Origin: Candidatus Heimdallarchaeota archaeon
GTDB taxonomy: Archaea; Asgardarchaeota; Heimdallarchaeia; Hodarchaeales; Hodarchaeaceae
Length of the DNA stretch: 64,000 nucleotides
Assembly: GCA_020353515.1 (NCBI GenBank)
Contig: CP070695.1
Span: 1,207,537 to 1,271,536 of the forward strand
Reading direction: 5' to 3'
Positions 37,336 to 47,287 of this stretch are shown one piece after another (the first letter of the stretch is position 1; each line of letters starts with the position of its first letter). The notes under the pieces were generated by a model that was given only the letters and a program-made list of their open reading frames with translations, did no database searches and had not been told where the DNA came from. Made by a program: the position numbers and the translations under genes.

Positions 37336-38268
37336 TCATTTAGATGCTTTCTCTAACCATAACTCAAAAAGATTTTCTGCTAAGTTTTGAAAAGTATCTA
37401 CATCTTCAACAATATCAATCCAGTTCCTCGGGATTCCCCTTATTCCCAAAAATGCGCCCGCAATCGCGCCTGACATACAAGCGATTGTATCAGTATCTCC
37501 TCCACAGTATATAGAGGCGAAAAGGACTTCATAAAAATTAGAAGAATTGCTTAGAAAGTTATAAATTGCTATAGGGACTGAATCTGGGGCTGTTACATTT
37601 ACACCGAGCTCCCTAATTATCCTATCAGGGGAAGGAGGAGAATTTAGATAAGTTTCGATTTTATCTAGCTTCTTCTGGTATACTGGGGAAAATTTATGAG
37701 GAATTTTTTTCAGTTTTTCAATAAAATCGTGGGGTTCAAAATCTCTAGGGTCACAATTAACGGCCAACGCCACCGCACAAGCTTGTAGAATGGCCCCTTG
37801 TCTCCCTAATCTGTGTGTATGAGTTATCATGGAGATCTGATCCGTCATTTCTATCAATTTCTCTTGGTCTTGGTGATAAAGTAAACCGATTGGGCAAATT
37901 CTCATTGCAGCACCGTTTCCTAATGATCCCTCACCGTAGAAAGCTTCTTTTGCAGGTTTGTCCCAAGGATCTCCATCTTTAATCTGCATTAAAACTGATA
38001 TTGTACCAGTTCCATACCCTCTAGTATGGTCAAAATTCCGTACAAATGTTTTTGCCATATCTGGCCCGTTAAACTCCCCTTTATTGGCACAGATGGATTC
38101 TAAAACTCCTTTCATCATTTCACTGTCATCCGTATATCTGCCTCCAACAAGATCAAAATCTTCTATACGGACGGATTTATGATATGATCCTTCATATCTC
38201 GCTCCCCATGAATCTCCAACAACACTTCCTAAGATAGATCCCAGAAATCTGTCTTTCATCATCTTCAT
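37336..38268 (-). CDS. ADP-ribosylglycohydrolase (DraG/ARH family)
   Basis: VGDSWG, YTDD, GNGAAMR, ITH and GGDTDTIA motifs. Confidence 0.93.
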   Translation of the reverse strand: MKMMKDRFLGSILGSVVGDSWGARYEGSYHKSVRIEDFDLVGGRYTDDSEMMKGVLESICANKGEFNGPDMAKTFVRNFDHTRGYGTGTISVLMQIKDGDPWDKPAKEAFYGEGSLGNGAAMRICPIGLLYHQDQEKLIEMTDQISMITHTHRLGRQGAILQACAVALAVNCDPRDFEPHDFIEKLKKIPHKFSPVYQKKLDKIETYLNSPPSPDRIIRELGVNVTAPDSVPIAIYNFLSNSSNFYEVLFASIYCGGDTDTIACMSGAIAGAFLGIRGIPRNWIDIVEDVDTFQNLAENLFELWLEKASK

Positions 38269-40343
38269 CAGCTAAACCTAGCAAGAATAGCGTTTTTCAG
38301 AGTGTTTAATACTTCTTCTTTCCTTGGATCTTTTTGATGAAACTGATCCAAAATATACTCGATGCTTTGTTTATCTAGTTCATAAATCTTAGCGACCAAC
38401 GAATCAATTGTGGCTTGACATTGGATACGGTCTTGAAATGACCTACATATATGTCCTTTTGCGAACTGTTTGTGAAGAGGCGTAAAATCAGGTAACAGAG
38501 TAGCAACATTGCTTACAATTTCTTGATAGACCTTATGATGTCTCGACAACCTTGGTACAGGCATATCATAAATAAAAAACATGTTTAAATTCGTTGTCAC
38601 TTTCAATCGGAGAAGATAGTCAAAAATAAAACTGTTGAATACACCACATAAGTAGAGTAAATCAGATGAGTCTATTAATCGTGTCTGATTCACTAAATCA
38701 AAAATTTTGGTTACAATTAAGGAATTCCCACAACAAACCATTGGAGGGATAATCGTTGCAATCATTGTCCGACGATTAGTGCTTGCTGCCACTGCTCGAA
38801 ATCCTAACCTATATTCTTCATAATCATGATATCTTGAGCCAAACTTAGAAAGTACCTTCCCTTTTTCGATCCAATACCTCGCTGGTTTGAATTTATGTGT
38901 AAATTGTTCTATCATTTTTCCTTCAAAAACTTTCAAACCTTGTTGTTTTGTGTTAAATAATTTACTATCAAGAGTTATATCGAGTTCTCTCGTAAACTGT
39001 ACTCTCCACGACCCAGAAACCTTGGATCTTATAAGAGGGTGTTGATACATTCTTTTAGCAATTTCAACATCTTTATTGGTCTTAAATTCCAAAACTGACC
39101 ATGAAGATGGTGATAGATGTTTAATACTTTCCCAATATATTGAAACTATAGAATTAGGGGTAGATTTAAGTACAGCTGGGTCATGTAACATAAATGCAGC
39201 ATTAAATGACTTAGTTCTGCCTGATTTTTGAAAAATTAACATATCAAATTTGAAAGACTTGTGAATTGAGGGGAAGATTCCCCGACGATTTTCAAAACAA
39301 TAAATTTCCTTTACCGTATTTTTCTCAAACAATAATCTTCTTAATCCCTTTGTTCCAGCATCAGTATGAAATCCAGAAGGAATAATTACTCCGCAATATC
39401 CATTAGGTCTCATTAATCGAAATATCCTTTCAAGAAACAGTTTATAAAGATTAAGATCACCACTGACTGTTTTTACTCCAGTTACCCCTCTTATTTGATC
39501 AGACTGAAACTGATAGTCCTCTCCCTTAAAATAATTTCCTGTAAGACGAATTGAATGTTTATATGTCTCCCATTGTTCCTTAATATTATCCTGTTCAAGT
39601 AATTTAGCAATTATTTCCCTCGCTTCTTTCTTGTCCACACCATACTTGGTTAAGCGGGGATCATACTGAGCAAAGAATTCCTTACTCAATGGTTTATAGA
39701 TGTTCCACGGAGGATTACCCAAACACAGATCAAAGCCTCCGTTTGAGATAATCTCAGGAAACTCTCTATTCCAGTGAAAAGGTTTAAGATCTTTCTCCAT
39801 CAATTGGTTATGAGAATTTCCTTTGATTGAACCAATTAGTGAATTTCCACATTTTAAGTGGGCACTTAGATCTTGAGGGGCTTCAAAGGATTCAGAATTA
39901 TCGGAAGATAGAGCAGCGATTAATCTGTCTTTTGTGTTCTCAACAGCTACAGGAGAAATATCTACTCCAAATAGATTTTGTGTAATAATCCATTTTTTTA
40001 TCTGAAATTTGTCCCAGTCGCATAATCCTTTGTTTATCATGAAATCATATATTATTATTAACGTTGATAGTGCTTCTAGCAAGAAGTGACCTGTTCCAAC
40101 CGCCGGATCAAGGATTTTAAGGCTTTTGGTAATGTTTAGCGCATAGAGGAGCTGTTGTTGGTTTAAATCGTTCAAAAAATCTTCTAGATTTCTCTTATAT
40201 TTTACAGGAGACCCATCTAACTCGTTTACTCTGTCTAAAATATAAGGAAAAATTGTATTCCGACAAAGATAAGTAGTTATTCCCTTTGGGGAGTAGACAA
40301 TACCCAGATCTTTAGTACTAAGAGTAGAAATCATCACATGCAT
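38268..40343 (-). CDS. Eco57I/type IIG-like N6-adenine DNA methyltransferase with target recognition region, no nuclease domain
   Basis: ILDPAVGTGHFL (motif I), NLFGVDI, GNPPW (motif IV), DLNLYKLFLE and a C-terminal TRD-like region. Confidence 0.85.
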   Translation of the reverse strand: MHVMISTLSTKDLGIVYSPKGITTYLCRNTIFPYILDRVNELDGSPVKYKRNLEDFLNDLNQQQLLYALNITKSLKILDPAVGTGHFLLEALSTLIIIYDFMINKGLCDWDKFQIKKWIITQNLFGVDISPVAVENTKDRLIAALSSDNSESFEAPQDLSAHLKCGNSLIGSIKGNSHNQLMEKDLKPFHWNREFPEIISNGGFDLCLGNPPWNIYKPLSKEFFAQYDPRLTKYGVDKKEAREIIAKLLEQDNIKEQWETYKHSIRLTGNYFKGEDYQFQSDQIRGVTGVKTVSGDLNLYKLFLERIFRLMRPNGYCGVIIPSGFHTDAGTKGLRRLLFEKNTVKEIYCFENRRGIFPSIHKSFKFDMLIFQKSGRTKSFNAAFMLHDPAVLKSTPNSIVSIYWESIKHLSPSSWSVLEFKTNKDVEIAKRMYQHPLIRSKVSGSWRVQFTRELDITLDSKLFNTKQQGLKVFEGKMIEQFTHKFKPARYWIEKGKVLSKFGSRYHDYEEYRLGFRAVAASTNRRTMIATIIPPMVCCGNSLIVTKIFDLVNQTRLIDSSDLLYLCGVFNSFIFDYLLRLKVTTNLNMFFIYDMPVPRLSRHHKVYQEIVSNVATLLPDFTPLHKQFAKGHICRSFQDRIQCQATIDSLVAKIYELDKQSIEYILDQFHQKDPRKEEVLNTLKNAILARFS

Positions 40344-40470
40344 TACGCCATTTCGCCAGTATTGACTATCAATATTTATAATATTCTATTTTTCTAAAAT
40401 TGAAAGGATACTTCCTTTTTTATGAACTAAATAGCCGTGACTTGATCTCTAAATAAAAAAATAGCCTGAA

Positions 40471-43400
40471 TTGAGAAAGTGCGAACTTATGAGAGTGTAT
40501 CGAAAAGCTAGGGACATATACAAATTTGAAGATTCATTCTTCAGCTCAACTGGAGATGTAACTTTTCCAAATCTGCATAATGTCCGTGTTTTCGTACAAA
40601 AAATTAATCAAAAGCGTGATTTGATAAATTTTCCAGAAATGGCAGCTAGAGGGAGCGAAATTAATGGTATTGCTCTCGAAAATGAGATTTTTCGCCATTT
40701 ATTTGACATCTATCAAGACCAAAACAATATTGATTTAGCTGCCGACCTACCGAGATGGTTGAGTGAAGAAATTGGAGCAGAAGAACTAGAAAGTACACTG
40801 AAATTCTTGTTGGAAGAATTTCCTCCTCCAACAATTTATAACGGTGAAACCAATATTGATTCCTATCTAGAACAAGAAACCGATGGAACTCCCAATCGAT
40901 ACATTGCTATCTCTTGTATGATTGATTTATGGCTAAGTAATGAAAACCCTGCATTCTCCTCCAATTTAGAACTATTTAACGACTCAGATTTGGAAAAAAA
41001 ATCTAAATACTCTGAAATTATCACAAAAATCACAGAATTTTTTGATGTTCAGCCACCATTTGGTCCCGATAACCAAAATTTCATTGAAATGTTGCAATCT
41101 TTGGCGATAAAAGAACCCTATTCTATCAAAGGTCAACTAGAATATATAAATGAAACATGGGGTTCTCTAATAACCCCATTTCGGTTTAAGATCTTGTTGG
41201 CACTTGATTTTTTCAAGGAAGAGGAAAAATTACGAGGATTAGGTCCTGGAGAAGCTCAAATTTATGAATACGATTATTTAGAGGAGAATTATACACCAGA
41301 CAAAGACTGGATGCCTAAAGCTGTAATGATAGCTAAAAACATTTACGTATGGCTAGATCAACTCTCAAAAAAGTACAAGGCCAATCTTCACAGAATAGAT
41401 CATATTCCCGATGAAGAATTGACTCAATTATCGAATTGGGGTTTTAATGCACTATGGCTTATTGGTATTTGGGAGAGAAGTTCAGCGTCTAAAACAATTA
41501 AACGATGGTGCGGTAATCCAGAAGCAGAGGCGTCTGCGTATTCTTTATATGATTATGTCATCGCTCAAGATCTAGGAGGTCAACCTGCTTTTGAGAATTT
41601 AAAAGAAAGAGCGTGGAAGCGAGGGATACGTTTAGCGTCAGATATGGTACCAAACCATACAGGAATTGACTCGAAGTGGATGATAGAACACCCTGACTGG
41701 TATATTTCACTTCCATATAGTCCTTTTCCAGTGTATTCTTACAGTGGAGAAAGTCTTTCTAGAAATCCACGAATCGGAATAAAGTTAGAGGATCATTATT
41801 TTTCCCGAACAGATGCAGCTGTCACATTCAAATGGGAAGATTATGAGACAAAGGAAGTTCGATATATGTATCACGGAAATGACGGAACTTCGATGGCATG
41901 GAACGATACTGCCCAGTTGAACTTCCTTAAACCAGAAGTACGTGAAGCTGTGATTCAAACAATTCTACATGTTGCACGAATGTTTTCTATTATACGATTC
42001 GACGCAGCTATGACCCTTACAAAGAAACACTATCAAAGATTATGGTTTCCAGCACCTGGGAGTGGAGGTGATATCCCCTCACGAGCGGAACATGGCTTAA
42101 GCAAGCAACAGTTTGACAAGGCAATGCCTAAAGAGTTTTGGCGTGAGGTAGTTGATCGAATAAATCAGGAAGCTCCTGATACATTACTAATCGCAGAGGC
42201 ATTTTGGCTTCTTGAAGGGTTTTTTGTACGAACATTAGGTATGCATCGAGTCTACAATTCAGCATTCATGAATATGCTCAGGGATGAAGATAATGCAAAA
42301 TATCGCTCTGTAATCAAAAATACGCTTGAGTACGACCCTGAAATTTTGAAGCGGTTTGTTAACTTTATGAATAACCCTGATGAAAAAACGGCTGCTGATC
42401 AATTTGGAAAGGGGAAAAAGTATTTTGGTATATGTCTCTTACTTGTTACTATGCCTGGTCTCCCCATGTTCGGCCATGGGCAGATTGAAGGATTTAAAGA
42501 AAAATATGGAATGGAATATCGTCGGGCATACTGGGATGAAAAAGTTGACGAGGGGTTCGTTCAATACCACAATCAAATAATTTTGCCACTGTTGAAGAAA
42601 AGATATCTATTTGCAGAGGTTGAAAATTTCCTTCTATATGATTATTACACATCACAGGGTTTTGTAAATGAGGATGTCTATGCTTATTCGAATAGTGAGG
42701 GTAATGAAAAAGCTTTGGTTGTATACCACAATAGATTTTCTAGTACTAGTGGATGGATAAAAACTTCAGCTGCGTTTGCAATCAAAAAGAAAGATCAAAC
42801 GCAACTAATTCAGAAAACTTTAGGAAATAGCTTAACTTTACATAATGATGAAGATTATTATTGTATTTTCCGTGATCATATCAGAGGATTAGAATATATT
42901 CGACGCAGTAAGGAAATATATGATAAGGGACTGTATTTAGAGTTAGAAGCATATCAATCAGCCGTATTTCTTGACTTTCGTGAAGTTCAGGATAGTGAAT
43001 ATCAACATTATGCCCTCCTCCATGATTTTCTCTCTGGAAAAGGGGTTGATAACATTGATGAGACGCTTCAGGAGCTTGTCTACCATTCTCTTCACAAAGT
43101 TTTCAAAGAATTGGTGAATAAACCTATATTTGAAGCAATCATCAAAGCTCAGGAATCTAGTTACCAAGAGGAAAAAGATAAGATTCTTGATGAAGTAAAC
43201 TCAAAGTTTTCAGAATTTTTGAAAGAAGTAGCTAAATTTTCAAAAAGTGAAACTGTAGGATCGGACATCGTAGAAGAGATAACTAATAAACTTAACAATC
43301 TCTTCCATCTTAAAGAGTCAGTTAACCGCTTAACTCTTTCCCCCGAAATTTCAGACAAATTTCTTGGATATTTCAACGAAAATTACCCAGAAGATTGGAA

Positions 43401-43917
43401 GATCATCCTATCTTGGTTATTTATCCACCTGCTTGGAAAGATAAAAAGTCCTACTCATTACGAATTACAGAGTAGAAGCTGGATTGATGAATGGGGACTT
43501 GGGAGAATAATTGAATGGACATTAAAGGGATTCGAAGAGACCCAACCAAGTGCTTCAGAAGCTCTAATCTTAATTAAGATCCTCACCTCCCACCAAAAAT
43601 GGTACAACCGTAGAAAAGAAACAGACTACCAACCTGTACAAATTATGAGAAAGCTGATGACTGATTTAGAGGTTCAATCTTATATCCAAACTAATAGGTA
43701 CCATAATATCCTCTGGTTCAATCAAGAGGCCTTTGAAAATTTGATTAAATGGTTATTTATAATCTCTACCATAGAAATTTTCTCTACTACTAAGGAAAAA
43801 AATATTGCAAAAGAACTTGAGAGAATTTTCACGATTATTGACCAGTGGTTGTTTGCTGCAGAACGTTCAAATTACCAAGTAGAAAATTTATTTGATCTTC
43901 TAAGAGGGAATGAATAA
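40471..43917 (+). CDS. Large GH13 alpha-amylase-family glycosidase
   Basis: DMVPNH, RFDAAM (nucleophile), AEAFW (acid/base), NNPDE; long N- and C-terminal extensions. Confidence 0.88.
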   Translation: MRKCELMRVYRKARDIYKFEDSFFSSTGDVTFPNLHNVRVFVQKINQKRDLINFPEMAARGSEINGIALENEIFRHLFDIYQDQNNIDLAADLPRWLSEEIGAEELESTLKFLLEEFPPPTIYNGETNIDSYLEQETDGTPNRYIAISCMIDLWLSNENPAFSSNLELFNDSDLEKKSKYSEIITKITEFFDVQPPFGPDNQNFIEMLQSLAIKEPYSIKGQLEYINETWGSLITPFRFKILLALDFFKEEEKLRGLGPGEAQIYEYDYLEENYTPDKDWMPKAVMIAKNIYVWLDQLSKKYKANLHRIDHIPDEELTQLSNWGFNALWLIGIWERSSASKTIKRWCGNPEAEASAYSLYDYVIAQDLGGQPAFENLKERAWKRGIRLASDMVPNHTGIDSKWMIEHPDWYISLPYSPFPVYSYSGESLSRNPRIGIKLEDHYFSRTDAAVTFKWEDYETKEVRYMYHGNDGTSMAWNDTAQLNFLKPEVREAVIQTILHVARMFSIIRFDAAMTLTKKHYQRLWFPAPGSGGDIPSRAEHGLSKQQFDKAMPKEFWREVVDRINQEAPDTLLIAEAFWLLEGFFVRTLGMHRVYNSAFMNMLRDEDNAKYRSVIKNTLEYDPEILKRFVNFMNNPDEKTAADQFGKGKKYFGICLLLVTMPGLPMFGHGQIEGFKEKYGMEYRRAYWDEKVDEGFVQYHNQIILPLLKKRYLFAEVENFLLYDYYTSQGFVNEDVYAYSNSEGNEKALVVYHNRFSSTSGWIKTSAAFAIKKKDQTQLIQKTLGNSLTLHNDEDYYCIFRDHIRGLEYIRRSKEIYDKGLYLELEAYQSAVFLDFREVQDSEYQHYALLHDFLSGKGVDNIDETLQELVYHSLHKVFKELVNKPIFEAIIKAQESSYQEEKDKILDEVNSKFSEFLKEVAKFSKSETVGSDIVEEITNKLNNLFHLKESVNRLTLSPEISDKFLGYFNENYPEDWKIILSWLFIHLLGKIKSPTHYELQSRSWIDEWGLGRIIEWTLKGFEETQPSASEALILIKILTSHQKWYNRRKETDYQPVQIMRKLMTDLEVQSYIQTNRYHNILWFNQEAFENLIKWLFIISTIEIFSTTKEKNIAKELERIFTIIDQWLFAAERSNYQVENLFDLLRGNE

Positions 43918-43926
43918 AGGACTATT

Positions 43927-44886
43927 TTATAGAAGATCAACTTTTCTTAAGTACATCCATATTGGGACAATCAAAATTAAACTAAGGACTAAAATAATCC
44001 AAAAGGCAAAAGGATTGTTCGCCAAAGGCAAAAAACTGAAATCAGACCCTAAATTCATTCCATAAAGAGAAGCTATCAGAGTAGGAACCATTAGGATCAA
44101 ACTTATTGATGCTAGCACCTTCAAGAGATCGTTTTGATTATTAGAAATGACAGAAGCAAATGCATCAAGGCTAGATTCAATTAGATCCCTATAAATTCGA
44201 AGAAGTTCAGCTTGTTGCTGTAAATCAATGGCTAAATCATCAAGATCATTAAGTAAATCACTCCGTTCTGCGAATTGGGGTGCTTTTTTCAAACCGTGAA
44301 ACGCACGTAAATTACCCCGTAAGGCAGCATCGAGATATGTCGCATCTCTTGATAATTGGAATACTTTTTCAATTGAAGAACTCCTAATGGATTGAAATAT
44401 CACTCCTTCAATTTTTTCAAGGTCTTGATCAATAATATCAACTCTAAGCTCAAATGACTTAACAACAGATTCGAGATAATCAAGTAAAACTAGTATTGTG
44501 GGAGTGGATCGCTTTCTACGAGACCCGATCGGTTTTCTAATTCGCTTTGTTTTAAGTTTAGCGCTTTGAACAGTTATAAGATGATTTTCTGTTAAAAAAA
44601 CGACTGCAGGATGGGTAGTAGGTTTAGTTTTCTCTAAAGCAGGGACACGTAAAACAAGTTTGATAAATGGTGGATCATGTTCTGATTCCAGCTCCAAACG
44701 TGGTCGTTCATCTTCATCAAGCGCGTCCTCAAGATCCTCCCAAGGGATATGAAAGGTTTGCTGGATTGTACGCAGCTCATCTTTATTTGGATTGCTACAA
44801 ATAAGCCAAGTGGGGATTTTAGGGGTGATACCAGGAACAAATTCTGTGTAAGTTAGTCCAGTCTCTAAATCTTTAATTTCTAACAT
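43927..44886 (-). CDS. corA: CorA-family Mg2+/Co2+ transporter
   Basis: DALDEDERPRLE; PTLIASLYGMN signature; two C-terminal TM helices. Confidence 0.92.
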   Translation of the reverse strand: MLEIKDLETGLTYTEFVPGITPKIPTWLICSNPNKDELRTIQQTFHIPWEDLEDALDEDERPRLELESEHDPPFIKLVLRVPALEKTKPTTHPAVVFLTENHLITVQSAKLKTKRIRKPIGSRRKRSTPTILVLLDYLESVVKSFELRVDIIDQDLEKIEGVIFQSIRSSSIEKVFQLSRDATYLDAALRGNLRAFHGLKKAPQFAERSDLLNDLDDLAIDLQQQAELLRIYRDLIESSLDAFASVISNNQNDLLKVLASISLILMVPTLIASLYGMNLGSDFSFLPLANNPFAFWIILVLSLILIVPIWMYLRKVDLL

Positions 44887-45018
44887 GATATCAACTCGCT
44901 TTAATTTTGATCATATCATCACCACAAAGATGAAGATCCTGCGTTTTCATTGGGAGTAATAGCGCTAACAATCATTGAGTGCTCTGAAAACACCTCTTTT
45001 AAGTTTGGTTATTTTCTA

Positions 45019-45954
45019 TTACATTAGGAGTCTAGGATGAAATTCCTTTAAAGTTTTTTTAATTCGGTCAATTTCATCATTAGCTAATTCAAAATCAGCC
45101 GATCCTATATTTCCCTCCAGTTGCGCTAGATTTTTTACGCCAGGAATAGCTATTACAGATGAGTTTCTAATTACCCAATTAAGAGCAACTTGAGCCATGG
45201 TAACCTGATGATCCTCTGCTATTTCTTTAACAAGAGACAACAGTTGTTCTCCACGCTTAAAGTTTTTACTTCGAAATAATCTATTACGGCGACGGGTACC
45301 ACCAGGAGTATTACCTGCTGTATATTTTCCAGTCAACCAACCCTGTCCTAGAGGGCTATAGGCCATAACGGTAATTTTTTCACGTTGGGTATATGGAAGA
45401 AGATCATTTTCCACCTGATTTCTTGCCAAACTATAATTTACTTGATTTACTTGGATTCTATGACGATACATCTTCTTCTGAGCTTTCCTTAATCGTCCAA
45501 GATTGAAATTGCTGATTCCAATAAACCGAATTAGCCCCTCATCGACCATCCGTTCCATGTGATTCAGAACTCTACCGATAAGCCAAGGAGCAGGCCAATG
45601 AATTAAGTATATATCAATATAATCTGTTTGTAGCCTTTTAAGACTCTTATTCAATGCTTTTACTACTGAGGAAGGTCTAATTGCGATGGGAAGAAATTTA
45701 GTGGTAATAATTATTCTTTCACGATCATACCCTTTGATAGCTTCACCGATAATTTCTTCTGATTTCCCGCGCCCATACGCTTCTGCAGTATCTATTACAT
45801 TAATCCCCAATTCTAATGCTTTGTGAACAATTGAGATAGCATCTTTTCTTGTAAAATCAGTACCATATCCCCAACCTTTAGATCCAAATTGCCATGTTCC
45901 TAAACCAATTTGGGAGATTTTTACATTTGTGTTTCCAATAACAGTATATTTCAT
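45019..45954 (-). CDS. Aldo/keto reductase
   Basis: GLGTWQ, DTAEAYG, TK, YLIHWP, IGISNF, AYSPLG and IPG motifs. Confidence 0.93.
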   Translation of the reverse strand: MKYTVIGNTNVKISQIGLGTWQFGSKGWGYGTDFTRKDAISIVHKALELGINVIDTAEAYGRGKSEEIIGEAIKGYDRERIIITTKFLPIAIRPSSVVKALNKSLKRLQTDYIDIYLIHWPAPWLIGRVLNHMERMVDEGLIRFIGISNFNLGRLRKAQKKMYRHRIQVNQVNYSLARNQVENDLLPYTQREKITVMAYSPLGQGWLTGKYTAGNTPGGTRRRNRLFRSKNFKRGEQLLSLVKEIAEDHQVTMAQVALNWVIRNSSVIAIPGVKNLAQLEGNIGSADFELANDEIDRIKKTLKEFHPRLLM

Positions 45955-46146
45955 TATGATTCATCAGAAGACTTTTGTGAAAAATTCATAAGTTTATGGA
46001 CTCAGTTAATCGAAATGAGAGCTTAAACTCAGATAATTAACAATGTTCATTCTAGGATTTTTTCCATGAGTGACATCAATTGCAGTAAACATTGAAATAA
46101 CTGGTATATACTATTGTAAAACACAATATTTTACGAGGAAATTGAA

Positions 46147-47268
46147 ATGAAGCTAAATATTGAGCAATTGGAAGCATGGACGAACGCTTTTGGCCCCTCG
46201 GGCTTTGAGCTCGAAGTCGCCAAACTAATTAAAGAATATGTTACTCAATTCGCAGATAATGTGTCTCAAGATAAGACTGGTTCACTTATTTTCCGAAAAG
46301 GTGATCAAGGGCCCAAAATTATGCTTGCAGGCCATATGGATGAGATTGGTTTTATTATTACAGGGATCGATAAGCAAGGGTATCTCACTTTCAATCAACT
46401 TGGTGGATGGTGGGATCAAACTCTCCTGACTCAGAGAGTTATTATCAAAGTGCGAGATGGCACTAAAATCACAGGCATCATTGTTGCTAAACCACCTCAC
46501 ATCCTTGACCCTGAAGAGAGAAAGAAAGTCGTAGTTAAAACAAAAATGTTTATTGATGTTGGATGTAAAAGTCAAAAAGAGGTTGAAGCCCTTGGAATTA
46601 AAATCGGGGATCCTGCAGTTCCTGACAGTAAATTCGAGCTCCTAAAACGTACACAAATAACAAAGAAAAAAGATGAAGAAAAAAAGAAAGAAGTAACTCT
46701 TGCGATAGCTAAAGGATTTGATGACCGAATTGGTGCCTTTATAGCTGCAGAGGTTATACGTCGTTTGAAAGAAGAGAATATTGATCATCCAAACCAAATT
46801 TACGGAGTCGCAACAGTTCAAGAAGAAATTGGATTAAGGGGTGCTCGTACATCAGCACATGTCATCCAACCCGATGTTGGTTTTGCATTGGAAGTAGATA
46901 TCGCTGGAGACGTACCAGGGGTTGAGAAAACTAAAGCTCCTTCAGAAATGTCGAAGGGGGTTTCAATTTTAACAGGAGACGCAAGTATGATACCTAATCC
47001 CCGATTAAAACATTTCGTATTGGATGTGGCAAAGGAAAAAGGAATTACTCATCAACTTTCCATAGTTTTAGGCGGAGGTACTGATGCGGGAGCCATACAC
47101 ATTACTGGAGCTGGCTGCCCTTCCCTTGTGATTGGTGTACCAACAAGGCATATCCATTCGCACAATGGAATATTAGATCTTGGAGATGTTGAACAAGCGG
47201 TTGAACTCTTAGTCGAAGTCGTTAGAAGACTTGATCAAAAAACTGTGGATTCCTTCACTCAAATATAA
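46147..47268 (+). CDS. M42 (TET) aminopeptidase
   Basis: GHMDEIG, KGFDDRIG, QEEIGLRGA, GGTDAG and RHIHS motifs. Confidence 0.93.
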   Translation: MKLNIEQLEAWTNAFGPSGFELEVAKLIKEYVTQFADNVSQDKTGSLIFRKGDQGPKIMLAGHMDEIGFIITGIDKQGYLTFNQLGGWWDQTLLTQRVIIKVRDGTKITGIIVAKPPHILDPEERKKVVVKTKMFIDVGCKSQKEVEALGIKIGDPAVPDSKFELLKRTQITKKKDEEKKKEVTLAIAKGFDDRIGAFIAAEVIRRLKEENIDHPNQIYGVATVQEEIGLRGARTSAHVIQPDVGFALEVDIAGDVPGVEKTKAPSEMSKGVSILTGDASMIPNPRLKHFVLDVAKEKGITHQLSIVLGGGTDAGAIHITGAGCPSLVIGVPTRHIHSHNGILDLGDVEQAVELLVEVVRRLDQKTVDSFTQI

Positions 47269-47287
47269 TGTTGAAAGGATGAAATAA

